Shown in pieces: positions 1 to 9,944 of a DNA stretch of 64,000 nt. The stretch covers positions 1 to 64,000 of the forward strand of contig JBBDRF010000092.1 in assembly GCA_040905565.1 (NCBI GenBank), read 5' to 3'. Within the stretch, counting starts at the first letter, position 1, and each line of letters opens with the position of its first letter. The notes under the pieces are model-generated. The model was not told where the DNA came from. It saw only the letters and a program-made list of their open reading frames with translations, and did not search any database. The position numbers and the translations under genes are program-made. Source of the DNA: Phycisphaeraceae bacterium (GTDB lineage Bacteria; Planctomycetota; Phycisphaerae; Phycisphaerales; Zrk34).

Positions 1-763
1 TCTCATCGACATCGCAGACGCCGTTCTTGCCGCCGGCTTCGATGACCATGTTCGTCAGCGTCATGCGATCTTCGAGGGTGAGGGAACTGATGCCCTCGCC
101 GGCGAAGTACATGGTTTTGTAAGTGCCGCCTGACACGCTGATTTCGCCGATGACGGCGAGGATCAGGTCCTTCGCGGTGAGGTAGGGGGGGATCTCGCCG
201 TGGAACGTGAACTTCATGGTGGGAGGCACTTTAAGCCACGTCTTGCCGGTGCCGAGCGTGAACGCAGCATCGGTGTTGCCGACGCCCGTGGCGAACTGCC
301 CGAACGCGCCGGCGGTGCAGGTGTGGCTGTCGGTGCCGAGCAGAATCTCACCGGGCCGCAGGTGGCCTTCTTCGGGCAAAGCCTTATGGCAGACGCCCTT
401 GTAGTTCGTCTTGGTGGGATCTTTGTAAGGGTTCGGCATCCCCGGTTCGCTCGTGACGAAGTCGGGATCGTAGTAGTACTTCAGGCCCTGCTCGCGCACG
501 AAGTCGCGCAGTATCTGGATGTTACGATGGCACTTCTCTTCGGCGGTGAAGATGTAGTGGTCGGGGATGATGACGACGCGGTCGGGGTCCCAGACGCGCG
601 CCTTTTCGCCGAACTGGTGTTTGAAGATGCCCACGGTGCCGGGGCCGCAGACGTCGTGGGTCATGAGGATGTCGACGTCGACCCAGACATTTTCGCCGGG
701 CTCAACGGAAGTGCGGCCGGCCCGACGGGCCAGGATCTTTTCGGTCATCGTCATCTTTGGCAC
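1..763 (-). CDS. leuC: 3-isopropylmalate dehydratase large subunit (aconitase family), truncated by window edge
   Basis: Manual translation (absent from ORF track): MPKMTMTEKILARRAG...HDVCGPGT...PDHYIF...GVCH...GTDSHTCTAGAFG; GTG at 763 with AGGAGAG upstream. Confidence 0.88.
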   Translation of the reverse strand, partial: MPKMTMTEKILARRAGRTSVEPGENVWVDVDILMTHDVCGPGTVGIFKHQFGEKARVWDPDRVVIIPDHYIFTAEEKCHRNIQILRDFVREQGLKYYYDPDFVTSEPGMPNPYKDPTKTNYKGVCHKALPEEGHLRPGEILLGTDSHTCTAGAFGQFATGVGNTDAAFTLGTGKTWLKVPPTMKFTFHGEIPPYLTAKDLILAVIGEISVSGGTYKTMYFAGEGISSLTLEDRMTLTNMVIEAGGKNGVCDVDE

Positions 764-930
764 GACGCGTCTCTCCTTCGAACACGTGGAGGGCCGGGCT
801 GAGAATAACGCAGCCGAACCCGAAGTAACCTGCTGAAACCGCTCATTGTAGCGGTTAATGGGGGAAAAGCGACAGCGGTATGCGCACGGGGTGTGCGCGA
901 GAGTTTTGGGCACGCGCGCGTCGCTGGAGG

Positions 931-967
931 CCCGGCCGTCTCGCTGCGCTCGCTGGCCGGGGCACCC
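931..967. repeat. REP-like palindromic element (family A)
   Basis: CCCGGCCGTCTCGCTGCGCTCGCTGGCCGGGGCACCC; near-identical copy at 31202-31238 and shortened inverted copy at 31072-31100. Confidence 0.75.
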
Positions 968-990
968 GTCGAGGGGCCCCCGGGCGTGGG

Positions 991-2286
991 TCAGTCGAGT
1001 GGATTGATGACCAGACCGGTCGCGAGTTTGGGGAAGAAGAAGGTGCTCTTGGGCGGCATCACCTCGCCAGCCCGGGCGACATCGCAGACGCTCTTGAGGG
1101 GCGTCGCCTGCATCGCGATGCCGAGGCGGCCGGGCTGATCGTGGCTGAGGCGTACCAGTTCCGTCAGCTGATGCGGATACTTGTAGTTGATCGCGTCGCC
1201 GCCGAAGCGAGGGCGGACGATCTGGTCGACGAACAGGTGATGGAATACCGCCACGTCGAGCTGCCGCCAGACCGGGTCACGGTCGGGCATCAGATCAGCG
1301 AGTGGGTCGGCGTCGATGGTATTGACGATGTAGGTTTTCCCGCGTTTGGGATCGTACAGGCCGAACGCGTGATAGGGCGTTTCGGGCAGTTCATCGAGCA
1401 TGTGGGGGAGCGCGTCGCCGCCGTGGTAGGTGGGGGTGACTTTGAAGCGGTCGTCGTCGGCGAGAACGTCCAACAGTCCAGCCATGTCGAAGTCGACCAA
1501 GTCACAAAGCACGCGGTGGGTGGGCAGGACGATGAGGCCGGGGTCGCTGCTGGGGACGAGGACGAACAGACACGTCTGCGCGTGGGGCTGATCGGGATGC
1601 TCGCGGGCATAGTTCAGGGCGGTGGTGTAGCGGTGGTGGCCGTCGGCGATGAAGACGTCGGTCGGCTCGAAGAACTCGGCCAGGGCGGCGATGGTGGTTT
1701 CATCGCGTACCGCCCAGCAGCGGTGGATGACGTTGTCGTGGTCGGTGATGCCTCGGAAGTCGGGCTCGCCCTTGAAGGTTTCGTCGAGCAGATCGGCGAC
1801 GCGGTGAGCGGGATCATCGAAGGTGCCGAAGACGGGCGAGAGCTGGGCGGCCGTTGCGTTCATCAGCTTCAGGCGATCGCTCGTGCCGCCGGAGAGCGTG
1901 TGCTCGTGGCGGAAGATGCCGCCGTTGGGGCGGTTGAAATCCTCGACGCCCAGTGCGGTGAAGAGGCCGCGGCGTTTGAGTTCGCGGCCGGCCACGGTGT
2001 ACTGCTGTTCATAGGCGAAAAGCGTGGGCGTGTTGTCGCGTTCGAAGACGCCTTCGCTCATCCACTGGCGATAGGCGTGGCCGGCGGCGTGATAGGCTTC
2101 GTCGGGCCCGACAGTTTTGGGAGGCGTGACGGGCAGATCGATGGCGACGATGTTGTGCGGATCGCGCGCCAGCAGCGTCTGCTTCGGCCCCTCATCAAGC
2201 ACGTCATACGGCGGGGCGATACGCGACGAAATGTCGCCTGAATCCGTGGCATAGCGAACGGCGGGAAACGCATGAAGCTTGGGCAT
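991..2286 (-). CDS. DUF1015 family protein
   Basis: APPYDV, HEHT, IADGHHRY and C-terminal MPPKSTFFFPKLATGL motifs. Confidence 0.9.
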   Translation of the reverse strand: MPKLHAFPAVRYATDSGDISSRIAPPYDVLDEGPKQTLLARDPHNIVAIDLPVTPPKTVGPDEAYHAAGHAYRQWMSEGVFERDNTPTLFAYEQQYTVAGRELKRRGLFTALGVEDFNRPNGGIFRHEHTLSGGTSDRLKLMNATAAQLSPVFGTFDDPAHRVADLLDETFKGEPDFRGITDHDNVIHRCWAVRDETTIAALAEFFEPTDVFIADGHHRYTTALNYAREHPDQPHAQTCLFVLVPSSDPGLIVLPTHRVLCDLVDFDMAGLLDVLADDDRFKVTPTYHGGDALPHMLDELPETPYHAFGLYDPKRGKTYIVNTIDADPLADLMPDRDPVWRQLDVAVFHHLFVDQIVRPRFGGDAINYKYPHQLTELVRLSHDQPGRLGIAMQATPLKSVCDVARAGEVMPPKSTFFFPKLATGLVINPLD

Positions 2287-2412
2287 GATCGACAACCAGG
2301 TAGGGGGGGATGAGTTTTGCGAAAATGGTGGGGAGGTAGCGTAACCAATCGCTTTAGATCGGGAAAGCGATCGTGGTCGCAGGCTGCGTGGGGACCCCGG
2401 CCAAGGCCGGGG

Positions 2413-3582
2413 CTATGTGGAGGGCCGGAGGCCTCGGCGGATGGCGGTTTTGCCGAAGCGGTCGACGATGCGGTCGGCGGCCTGGTCCAGGCGTGACTGG
2501 CGCTGGGTCGCAGCATCGGTGAAGAGGCCCATCTGCTCGGTCGTTTCGGCGGTGAGCTGTGAGGCGTGCATGCCGATCAACCGGACGGGGACGAAGGCCT
2601 CGGCTGCCCAGCGGTCGAACAGCTGTCGGGCGGTGTGCCAGAGTGTAGCCGTCGTGCAGCTGGCGGCTTCGAGCGTGGCGGAACGGCTGATGGTCTGGAA
2701 CTCGCCGAAGCGGATCTTAAGGGAGATCGTGCGGGCACGCAGGTGGTGCTTGCGCAGACGGCGGGCGACCTGTTCGCTTTGATCGAGTAGCACGGTGCGA
2801 ACGGCCTCGACGTCGGCGACGTCCTGCTCGAAGGTCTGTTCGTGGCCGATGCTTTTGGCGGCACCGTCGGGCGTGACGGGGCGGTCGTCGAGGCCTTGTG
2901 CGAGGCGGTGGTAGCGTGCGCCGTCGCGGCCGACGTGGCTGGTGAGGAAATCGACGCTCATGCGGGCGAGGTCGCCGATGGTTCGGAGGCCGGCTCTGGC
3001 GAGGCGTTCGGCGGTTTTAGGACCGATACCCCACATCCGCTCGATGGGCAGGGGGGCGAGCCAGGCGCGGGCGTCGGCTGCGTGGACAACGGTGAGGCCG
3101 TCGGGCTTCTCGGCATCGGAGGCAAGTTTTGCGAGGAACTTGTTGGGGGCGAGGCCGATGCTGGCGGCGAGGTGAAGCTCGTCGCGGATGCGTTGCTTGA
3201 GCTGGACGGCGAGGGTGTGGGGATGGCCGAAGACGCGCTCGGTGCCGGTGACATCGAGGAAGGCTTCGTCGATGCTTAGCGGCTCTACCAGCGGTGAAAA
3301 GTCATCGAAGATGCGGAACAGGTGGTCGCTGACTTCACGGTACCGACTGCCCCGCACGGGGACGACGATCGCCTGGGGACAGAGCCGTTTCGCCACGGCC
3401 ATCGGCATGGCTGAGCGGCAGCCGAAGGTGCGCGATTCGTAGCTGGCGGCTGCGACGACGCCGCGTGCACGATGGGAGCCGACGAGGACGGGCTTGCCCT
3501 GGAGGTCGGGGTTGTCCAGCTGCTCGACGGCGGCGAAGAACGCGTCCATATCGACATGCAGTATGACGCGTGGGTCGGGCAT
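2413..3582 (-). CDS. dinB: DNA polymerase IV (Y family)
   Basis: HVDMDAFFAAVE, SIDEAFLD, NKFLAKLAS and GIGPKT motifs. Confidence 0.95.
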   Translation of the reverse strand: MPDPRVILHVDMDAFFAAVEQLDNPDLQGKPVLVGSHRARGVVAAASYESRTFGCRSAMPMAVAKRLCPQAIVVPVRGSRYREVSDHLFRIFDDFSPLVEPLSIDEAFLDVTGTERVFGHPHTLAVQLKQRIRDELHLAASIGLAPNKFLAKLASDAEKPDGLTVVHAADARAWLAPLPIERMWGIGPKTAERLARAGLRTIGDLARMSVDFLTSHVGRDGARYHRLAQGLDDRPVTPDGAAKSIGHEQTFEQDVADVEAVRTVLLDQSEQVARRLRKHHLRARTISLKIRFGEFQTISRSATLEAASCTTATLWHTARQLFDRWAAEAFVPVRLIGMHASQLTAETTEQMGLFTDAATQRQSRLDQAADRIVDRFGKTAIRRGLRPST

Positions 3583-3729
3583 CGATTGATTATACGGCAG
3601 GGTGGGGGGAAACGGTGATCTACGATCGCCCGCTGACGTTGGGGGGGGTGGATTGACTTGACGGGTAGGGCGCGGCTACCTTTGCGCATTCATGATTATC
3701 CGTTTCTAACCATCTTATAGATTGCCGAC

Positions 3730-5319
3730 ATGACTAATCAGCACGCGCTTTGGGACCGTTATCAGCAGCATCTTTGCCACGTGCCGTCGCTGGCGCTTTC
3801 GCTGGACATCAGCCGGATGAACTTCGGCGACGGGTTCTTTGAGCAGATGCAGCCGAAGGTTGATGCGGCGTACGAAGCGATGGCTGATCTGGAAGGCGGC
3901 GCGATTGCGAACCCCGACGAGAATCGCATGGTGGGCCACTACTGGCTCCGCAATGCTGAGTTGGCGCCGGATGCTGCAACGGCTGGGGCGATCCGCGAGA
4001 GCGTCCAGACGATCAAGGATTTCGCCGGGCGTGTGCATGCAGGGGAGGTGAAGCCGCCTCAGGCGGAGCGTTTTACGGATCTGCTGGTGATCGGGATTGG
4101 GGGGTCGGCATTGGGGCCGCAGTTTGTCGGCGATGCGCTGGGGGATGCTACGACCGACCGCATGCGCGTTCACTTTTTTGATAACACGGACCCCGACGGC
4201 ATCGCCCGCACGCTGCGCGGACTGGGCGATCGGCTGCAGTCGACGCTTGCGGTGGTGATCTCCAAATCCGGCGGGACGCCCGAAACGCGTAACGGGATGC
4301 TGCTGGCGAAGGCTGCGTATGAGGAGGCGAAGCTGGAGTTCCCACGGCATGCGGTGGCGATCACGGGGGAGGGCTCGAAGCTTGATCAGGTCGCCCAGCA
4401 GGAGAACTGGCTGCTGCGCCTGCCGATGTGGGACTGGGTGGGTGGGCGGACCAGCGAAACGGCGGCGGTGGGCCTGTTTCCCGCGGCGATGCAGGGGCTG
4501 GATATCGACCGCTTTCTCGCCGGTGCCGCCGCCTGCGATGCCGTCACCCGCTCGCGCGAAACTGCTGCGAACCCGGCGATGCTGATGGCTTTGATGTGGC
4601 ACCATGCGACCAACGGCCGCGGCGAGAAGGACATGGTGGTGCTGCCTTACAAAGACCGCCTGCTGCTGTTCTCTCGCTACCTGCAGCAGCTGGTGATGGA
4701 ATCGCTGGGTAAGGCGACGGACCTCGACGGCAACGCCGTTTCGCAGGGCATCAGCGTCTACGGCAACAAGGGGTCGACCGATCAGCACGCGTACGTTCAG
4801 CAGCTGCGTGAGGGGGTTAACAACTTTTTCGCGGTGTTCATTCGTGTGCTTAATGATTGCTCGGCTGACTGCTCGACCGCCAAGCTCCCCGTAGAACCCG
4901 GCGTCACCAGCGGCGACTATCTCGACGGCTTTCTGCTCGGCACGCGACAGGCGCTGTACGAAAACGGACGCGAATCGATGACGCTGACGGTTGACCGTGT
5001 GGATGCGTTTACGGTCGGCACGCTGATCGCGCTGTTTGAGCGGGCGGTGGGGTACTATGCGAGCCTGGTGAATGTTAATGCGTATCATCAGCCGGGCGTG
5101 GAGGCGGGCAAGAAGGCTGCGGGGGCGGTGCTGGATCTTCAACGCCGGGTGCTTGAGGCGCTGACGGATCAGGCTCGGACGGTGGCGGAGATTGCCGAGG
5201 CGGCCGACGCGGGGGAACAGGTGGAAACGGTGGCGCACATTTTGACGCACCTTGCTGCGAACGGCCGGGCGAGGGCAGAGGGCGATCCGCCGGCCCACAC
5301 GCAACGCTTCACGCAATGA
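3730..5319 (+). CDS. pgi: glucose-6-phosphate isomerase
   Basis: [28 protein letters not shown] and HQPGVEAGK motifs. Confidence 0.95.
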   Translation: MTNQHALWDRYQQHLCHVPSLALSLDISRMNFGDGFFEQMQPKVDAAYEAMADLEGGAIANPDENRMVGHYWLRNAELAPDAATAGAIRESVQTIKDFAGRVHAGEVKPPQAERFTDLLVIGIGGSALGPQFVGDALGDATTDRMRVHFFDNTDPDGIARTLRGLGDRLQSTLAVVISKSGGTPETRNGMLLAKAAYEEAKLEFPRHAVAITGEGSKLDQVAQQENWLLRLPMWDWVGGRTSETAAVGLFPAAMQGLDIDRFLAGAAACDAVTRSRETAANPAMLMALMWHHATNGRGEKDMVVLPYKDRLLLFSRYLQQLVMESLGKATDLDGNAVSQGISVYGNKGSTDQHAYVQQLREGVNNFFAVFIRVLNDCSADCSTAKLPVEPGVTSGDYLDGFLLGTRQALYENGRESMTLTVDRVDAFTVGTLIALFERAVGYYASLVNVNAYHQPGVEAGKKAAGAVLDLQRRVLEALTDQARTVAEIAEAADAGEQVETVAHILTHLAANGRARAEGDPPAHTQRFTQ

Positions 5320-5336
5320 GTTTGTGAGAATCGCGC

Positions 5337-6215
5337 TTAGGTTTCGCGCTCGCCGGAGGAGGGCATCGCTTCGGCAAGTTCGATCAGTTGTTCCACGCTG
5401 AGCTGTTCCGGCCGGGCGTTCGCATCGATGCCCGGCGGCAGGGCGGTGTCGCGTCCGAGGATTGCCCCGAGTTGTTTGCGGCGTTTGCTGAACAAACGAT
5501 GCAGCATTTCTCCGAGCCGTTGCGGATCGCGTGTTAACGGTTCCGCCCGACGCGTGAGCTGAACGACGGCACTGGAAACCTTCGGCGGCGGCCAGAAGCA
5601 GTTCGGCGAAAGCTTCGTCACCAGCGTCACCTCGCACAGCGCCTGCAGCATGATCCCCAGGGGCCCGTAGTCCTTCCCGCCCGGCGGCGCGAGGATGCGA
5701 TCGGCCACCTCCCGCTGAAGCATCACCGTCGCTCGGTGCATGTTGGGCCAATCCATCGCGAGGATCATCAGCAGCGGCGACGCGATGTTGTAAGGCAGAT
5801 TTGCCACCAGCTGAAACCGTCCCCATTCCGCCTGCCACGGATCCAAGGTGCCCCCACTGAAGCCGCGCAACGCCTCGGCGATCTGCGGGTCCAGGCTATG
5901 TTTCGAAGCGAGCGCATCGTCGTTGATCAAGACGAACTGATCGGAATCGGCGCCGATGCGATCGCGGAGAATGTCCGAAAGATCACGGTCGATCTCCACG
6001 GCTACGACCCGTCCGCCGGCCTCGAGCAGACGCTCGGTCAGCACGCCGGTGCCGGGGCCGACTTCGAGCACCACGTCGTCGGGGTGAATATCGACGGCGT
6101 CCATGATCGTGCGCAGCTTGTTCGGATCGTGCAGGAAGTTCTGACCGAACCGGTACCGCGGGCGAAGGCCTCGCTCAGCGAGTAGCTGTTTGATGATCGA
6201 AAGCGTTTGCGGCAT
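5337..6215 (-). CDS. rsmA: 16S rRNA m6,2A dimethyltransferase (KsgA)
   Basis: FGQNFL, LEVGPGTGVLT, VANLPYNI and FWPPPKVSS motifs. Confidence 0.93.
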   Translation of the reverse strand: MPQTLSIIKQLLAERGLRPRYRFGQNFLHDPNKLRTIMDAVDIHPDDVVLEVGPGTGVLTERLLEAGGRVVAVEIDRDLSDILRDRIGADSDQFVLINDDALASKHSLDPQIAEALRGFSGGTLDPWQAEWGRFQLVANLPYNIASPLLMILAMDWPNMHRATVMLQREVADRILAPPGGKDYGPLGIMLQALCEVTLVTKLSPNCFWPPPKVSSAVVQLTRRAEPLTRDPQRLGEMLHRLFSKRRKQLGAILGRDTALPPGIDANARPEQLSVEQLIELAEAMPSSGERET

Positions 6216-6236
6216 TGCGTCCGAGGGAAGAGGGAA

Positions 6237-7025
6237 CTACTGATCCGCGTCAGTGCGGCGTTGGTCGAAAAGCCACGGCAGAAGCCCGGCATTGTCGAAC
6301 GCGGGTGACCAAGCATTGTGGCCCCGGTCGGCGTATTCAGTGTATGTCACCTCGCCTCCCGCTGCCCGGACGGCCTGCACCATCGACCGCGTGGTGGCTA
6401 CGGGAACGACCGGATCGTCGGAACTGTGAAACGCCCAGATCGGGACATCGCGCGCATTCGGTGCGGCATCGGCATCCCCGCCGCCGCAGATCGGCACGGC
6501 CGCGGCGAACAGGCCGGGCTCACGCGTGATGATGTCCCACACGCCGTAGCCTCCCATCGAAAGGCCCATCGCATAACGGCGAGCCGGGTCGATCGCGTAG
6601 TCATCATTGAGTTCCGCGATGAGCCCGAGCACACGCGTCATCATCTCAGCGGGTTCACCGAAGCGAGGCCGACGCAATTCGCCGAAGTCATCAACCGACC
6701 ACGCGCGCGATTGCGGACATTGCGGCACGACCACGAACGCCGGGTACGCCTGCCGATTCGCCGGGTCGGTGAACTGCGCCGCTCCCCATTGCAGAGGTTG
6801 CCGATTGTCGCTGCCACGTTCGCCCGCACCGTGCAGCAGCACCACGAGCGGATACTGCTTTTGCGGATCGTAGTCTGCGGGCATCAGCAGCCGGTAGGGC
6901 ATCTCGCCGCCGTCGGCTGCCTGGTAGGTGTGGGTGTCGTAGAGCTCCGCGAGATCTGCCGGGTTCGCAGCATGAGCCTGCAAGGTGACCATGAGCAGCG
7001 CCAGCACGGTCGCGGTCGGAATCAT
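6237..7025 (-). CDS. secreted alpha/beta hydrolase (esterase or peptidase family)
   Basis: Signal-peptide-like N-terminus, LHGAGERG, GLSMGG nucleophile elbow, DPVVP and GHNAW; start uncertain (7025 or 7043). Confidence 0.85.
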   Translation of the reverse strand: MIPTATVLALLMVTLQAHAANPADLAELYDTHTYQAADGGEMPYRLLMPADYDPQKQYPLVVLLHGAGERGSDNRQPLQWGAAQFTDPANRQAYPAFVVVPQCPQSRAWSVDDFGELRRPRFGEPAEMMTRVLGLIAELNDDYAIDPARRYAMGLSMGGYGVWDIITREPGLFAAAVPICGGGDADAAPNARDVPIWAFHSSDDPVVPVATTRSMVQAVRAAGGEVTYTEYADRGHNAWSPAFDNAGLLPWLFDQRRTDADQ

Positions 7026-7051
7026 CGTTAACGACACAAGCATGCCTTCCG

Positions 7052-7837
7052 TTAAAGGTAGGGCGACTGGCCCTTCTCGGCCTTGGAAAGATCGTGCACG
7101 ACGTCGGCGATGGCGGCGGTGATGCGGCCGAAGAACGCCGCGCCCTTCTGAGCGGTCGCGTGCGAGGGATCCCCTGAGCCGGTGTCCGGATGGCACGTCG
7201 ACCAGGGGCGAGGCGTCCAAACGCCCGGATTGTTCAACGCGGGAATGGCGAATTTATTGCGTGTGCCCGGGCCGGCCGCCTCCATATTTACCAGTTCCGG
7301 GCAAAGGTGCAGCAGCAGGCTGGTTTCCATCTCGTTGGCGTGGTCGCCGATGATCTCAAACGTTTCCTCGATCGCGCCGGGCACGACCTCCCAGAAATTT
7401 ACCGCGACGATCAGGACGCCCGTTTCGCTTTGGATATCACGGACGAGGGGCTTGAACGTATTGCCGCCGTGCGCGTTGACGATGAGCAGCCGATCGATGT
7501 TCTGCGCCTTGAGCGACTCGGCGACATCCCGCAGAATCGCCGCGGCGGTGCGGGTGCGGATGCTGATCGTGGCGACCTGATCCAACTGCTGCTGATCGTT
7601 GCCGAACGGCACTGCGGGCAGCACGATCGGTCGTGCTCCGCGCTCGTGCGCCAGCCGGGCTGCTTCGGTCGCGATGGTCGACGCTTCGATCACATCCGTC
7701 GCGTAAGGCAGATGATAATTATGAGCTTCGGTCGCCCCCCACGGCAGCACCGCCAGGTTCGGCGGCTCATCGAGCAGCTGGCGATGTGTGGCCTCGTAAA
7801 GCACGTACGGTCGCGATTGATGGTTCTGTTGGTTCAT
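7052..7837 (-). CDS. creatininase family amidohydrolase
   Basis: PWGATEAHNYHLPYATD, NAHGGN and DHANEMETS motifs. Confidence 0.9.
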   Translation of the reverse strand: MNQQNHQSRPYVLYEATHRQLLDEPPNLAVLPWGATEAHNYHLPYATDVIEASTIATEAARLAHERGARPIVLPAVPFGNDQQQLDQVATISIRTRTAAAILRDVAESLKAQNIDRLLIVNAHGGNTFKPLVRDIQSETGVLIVAVNFWEVVPGAIEETFEIIGDHANEMETSLLLHLCPELVNMEAAGPGTRNKFAIPALNNPGVWTPRPWSTCHPDTGSGDPSHATAQKGAAFFGRITAAIADVVHDLSKAEKGQSPYL

Positions 7838-7954
7838 GCTCGTAATAGTAATACAGCGGTCACCTTTTTGACACCGCCGCACCGCTGGGCGACAATCGAC
7901 TTACGCGCCGTTGGGGCGCGCTTTATACATCTGCATTATGAAGGAGCATCCGCG

Positions 7955-9040
7955 ATGCCGCTTGATATCCGTCCCGCCAGCGATTGCCAACTCGATCAAC
8001 TCAGCCTGGGCGAGTGCATGGTTCGCCTGAGCCCCCCCGGCCACGGCCGCGTCGAGTTCGCCAACATGTTCGAAGCGTGGATCGGCGGCGGCGAATACAA
8101 CGTTGCCTATGCACTCTCCAGGCTCGGCCAGCGCACCGGCTGGGTCGGCGGCCTCGTGGACAATCCCGTCGGACGCATGATCCTTCAACACGCAGGCGGC
8201 GGCGGGATCGATACCTCCCATGCGGTGACGCTTCCCTACGACGGCGTCGGACGCGAAGCACGCATCGGACTGAACTTCACCGAAGTCGGCACCGGCCCCC
8301 GAGCTGCGATCACCATGTACGACCGCGGCCACTCCGCCACCTCCAAGCTCACCCCCGGTGACATCGATTTCACCCGCCTGTTCAAAGAGCGCGGCGTACG
8401 TTGGCTCCACACCGGCGGCATCATGGCGGCCCTCTCGCCCAGCAGCCGTGAGGTCGTGGCCGCAGCCGTGAAAGCTGCCCACGAAGCGGGCACCATCGTC
8501 TCCTACGACCTCAACTTCCGCTCGAAGCTCTGGTCTTCCAAGGAAGCGATCGAGACGACCAAGCCCCTCGTTCCGTACATTGATTGCCTCATCGGCAACG
8601 AGGAAGATTTCCAGCAGGTGCTCGGTTACGAAGTCGAAGGCGTCGACGTTGAGAAGGGCGAGATCGATACGTCGGCTTTCAAGAAGATGGTCGAGAAGGT
8701 CGTCAACGATCACCCGAATATCAAGGTGGTCGGCACCACGCTCCGCGGCGTGAAGTCCGCGCTCATCAACGACTGGTCCGCCATCATGTGGCACGATGGC
8801 ACCTTCTACGAAGGCATGAAATTCCCCGGCCTCGAGATTGAAGACCGCGTCGGCGGCGGCGACGGGTTCGCCTCGGGATTCATCTACGGCTTCCTCAACG
8901 GCTACGATCCGCAACGCTGTGTCGACCTCGGCGTCGCACACGGTGCACTGCTGATGACCACCCGTGGTGATACCTCACAAGTGCTCCCCGATGAACTCGA
9001 GCATGTTGCAGCAGGCGGCTCAGCACGCATCAAACGCTGA
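7955..9040 (+). CDS. PfkB-family sugar kinase (KdgK-like)
   Basis: GGGEYNVA, SYDLNFRSKLW and DRVGGGDGF motifs; AAGGAG RBS. Confidence 0.88.
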   Translation: MPLDIRPASDCQLDQLSLGECMVRLSPPGHGRVEFANMFEAWIGGGEYNVAYALSRLGQRTGWVGGLVDNPVGRMILQHAGGGGIDTSHAVTLPYDGVGREARIGLNFTEVGTGPRAAITMYDRGHSATSKLTPGDIDFTRLFKERGVRWLHTGGIMAALSPSSREVVAAAVKAAHEAGTIVSYDLNFRSKLWSSKEAIETTKPLVPYIDCLIGNEEDFQQVLGYEVEGVDVEKGEIDTSAFKKMVEKVVNDHPNIKVVGTTLRGVKSALINDWSAIMWHDGTFYEGMKFPGLEIEDRVGGGDGFASGFIYGFLNGYDPQRCVDLGVAHGALLMTTRGDTSQVLPDELEHVAAGGSARIKR

Positions 9041-9065
9041 GACCCCCCAAATCATCGAACCCCAC

Positions 9066-9092
9066 AACCCCGGCTCCGGCTGGGGTTTTTTT
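9066..9092 (+). terminator. Rho-independent terminator
   Basis: AACCCCGGC-TCCG-GCTGGGGTT stem-loop running into a T tract after the kinase stop. Confidence 0.8.
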
Positions 9093-9204
9093 ATTTCCGT
9101 AAGTCAACATGGCAATACCCGCACCGGCACCGGCGTTGACTAATCATGAAGCTGAACGGCGGATCCGTCCAGCAATCGGCAAGACCGTCTAGGAGACCTT
9201 GGTC

Positions 9205-9843
9205 ATGCGTCTAAAACAAGTAGCAATCGTAGCAGTGTGTATGGTCACCATGGCCGCAGCCGTGAGCTTCGCGCAGCAGGACCAGCGCGGTCCCGGCGAC
9301 CGCGGCCCCCGTGGCGGCGGACAGGGCTTCGACCCGCAGCAGATGCAGGCACGCATGCTTAACGCCATGCGCGAACGCCTCGGCTTCGAGGAAGATGAAT
9401 GGGAAGCCGTTCAGCCCAAGCTTCAGAACGTGATGACGCTCCGAGCCGAAGGCGCGACCCGAGGCATGGGCATGATGTTCCGTGGCCCCGGCGCACGTGG
9501 CCCCCGTGATGGCGAAGGTCGTGGTCCCGGCGCTCGTGGCCCCCGTGACGGCGAAGGTCGTGGTCCCGGCGCTCGTGGTCCGCGTGATGGCGAAGGACGC
9601 GGCCCCGGAGCGCGTGGTCCCCGTGACGAAGAACCCAGCGCCCTCCAACAGAGCATGCGCAACCTCGGCGAGACCATCGCCGACGAAGATGCTTCGGAAG
9701 AAAAAATCGCTGAGGCACTTGCCGAGTTCCGCGAAGCCAAGCAGAAGCACGACGCGGAACTCAACGAAGCGCAGGAAGAGCTGCGTGGCCTGCTGATGCC
9801 GCGTCAGGAAGCGGCGTTCGTGATGATGGGCCTCCTCGATTGA
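9205..9843 (+). CDS. exported helical protein with RGP-rich tandem repeats (possibly Spy/CpxP-like)
   Basis: AGGAGA RBS, signal peptide ending SFA-Q, helical segments, C-terminal LLMPRQ resembling LTxxQ. Confidence 0.7.
   Translation: MRLKQVAIVAVCMVTMAAAVSFAQQDQRGPGDRGPRGGGQGFDPQQMQARMLNAMRERLGFEEDEWEAVQPKLQNVMTLRAEGATRGMGMMFRGPGARGPRDGEGRGPGARGPRDGEGRGPGARGPRDGEGRGPGARGPRDEEPSALQQSMRNLGETIADEDASEEKIAEALAEFREAKQKHDAELNEAQEELRGLLMPRQEAAFVMMGLLD
9481..9633 (+). repeat. 39-bp coding tandem repeat, about 3.9 copies (RGPGARGPRDGEG)
   Basis: Units start at 9481, 9520, 9559 and 9598 and differ mostly at synonymous positions. Confidence 0.9.
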
Positions 9844-9944
9844 TCTCTCTCCCTTTACGCACAAAGGTCCGGCATGGGGTGGAGCAGGTTTGGGATTGAC
9901 CTGCTTCGCCCGGCCGGGCTGTGCGTCATGTAAAGCGGGTTACC

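Noticed and set aside
7190..7954. Apparent N-terminal extension making the sugar kinase 616 aa
   Set aside because: It overlaps the creatininase gene on the other strand; the ATG at 7955 has an AAGGAG RBS
9481..9633. Regular 39-bp repeats as a possible CRISPR array
   Set aside because: The units are contiguous with no spacers, lie in frame within a CDS, and no cas genes are present
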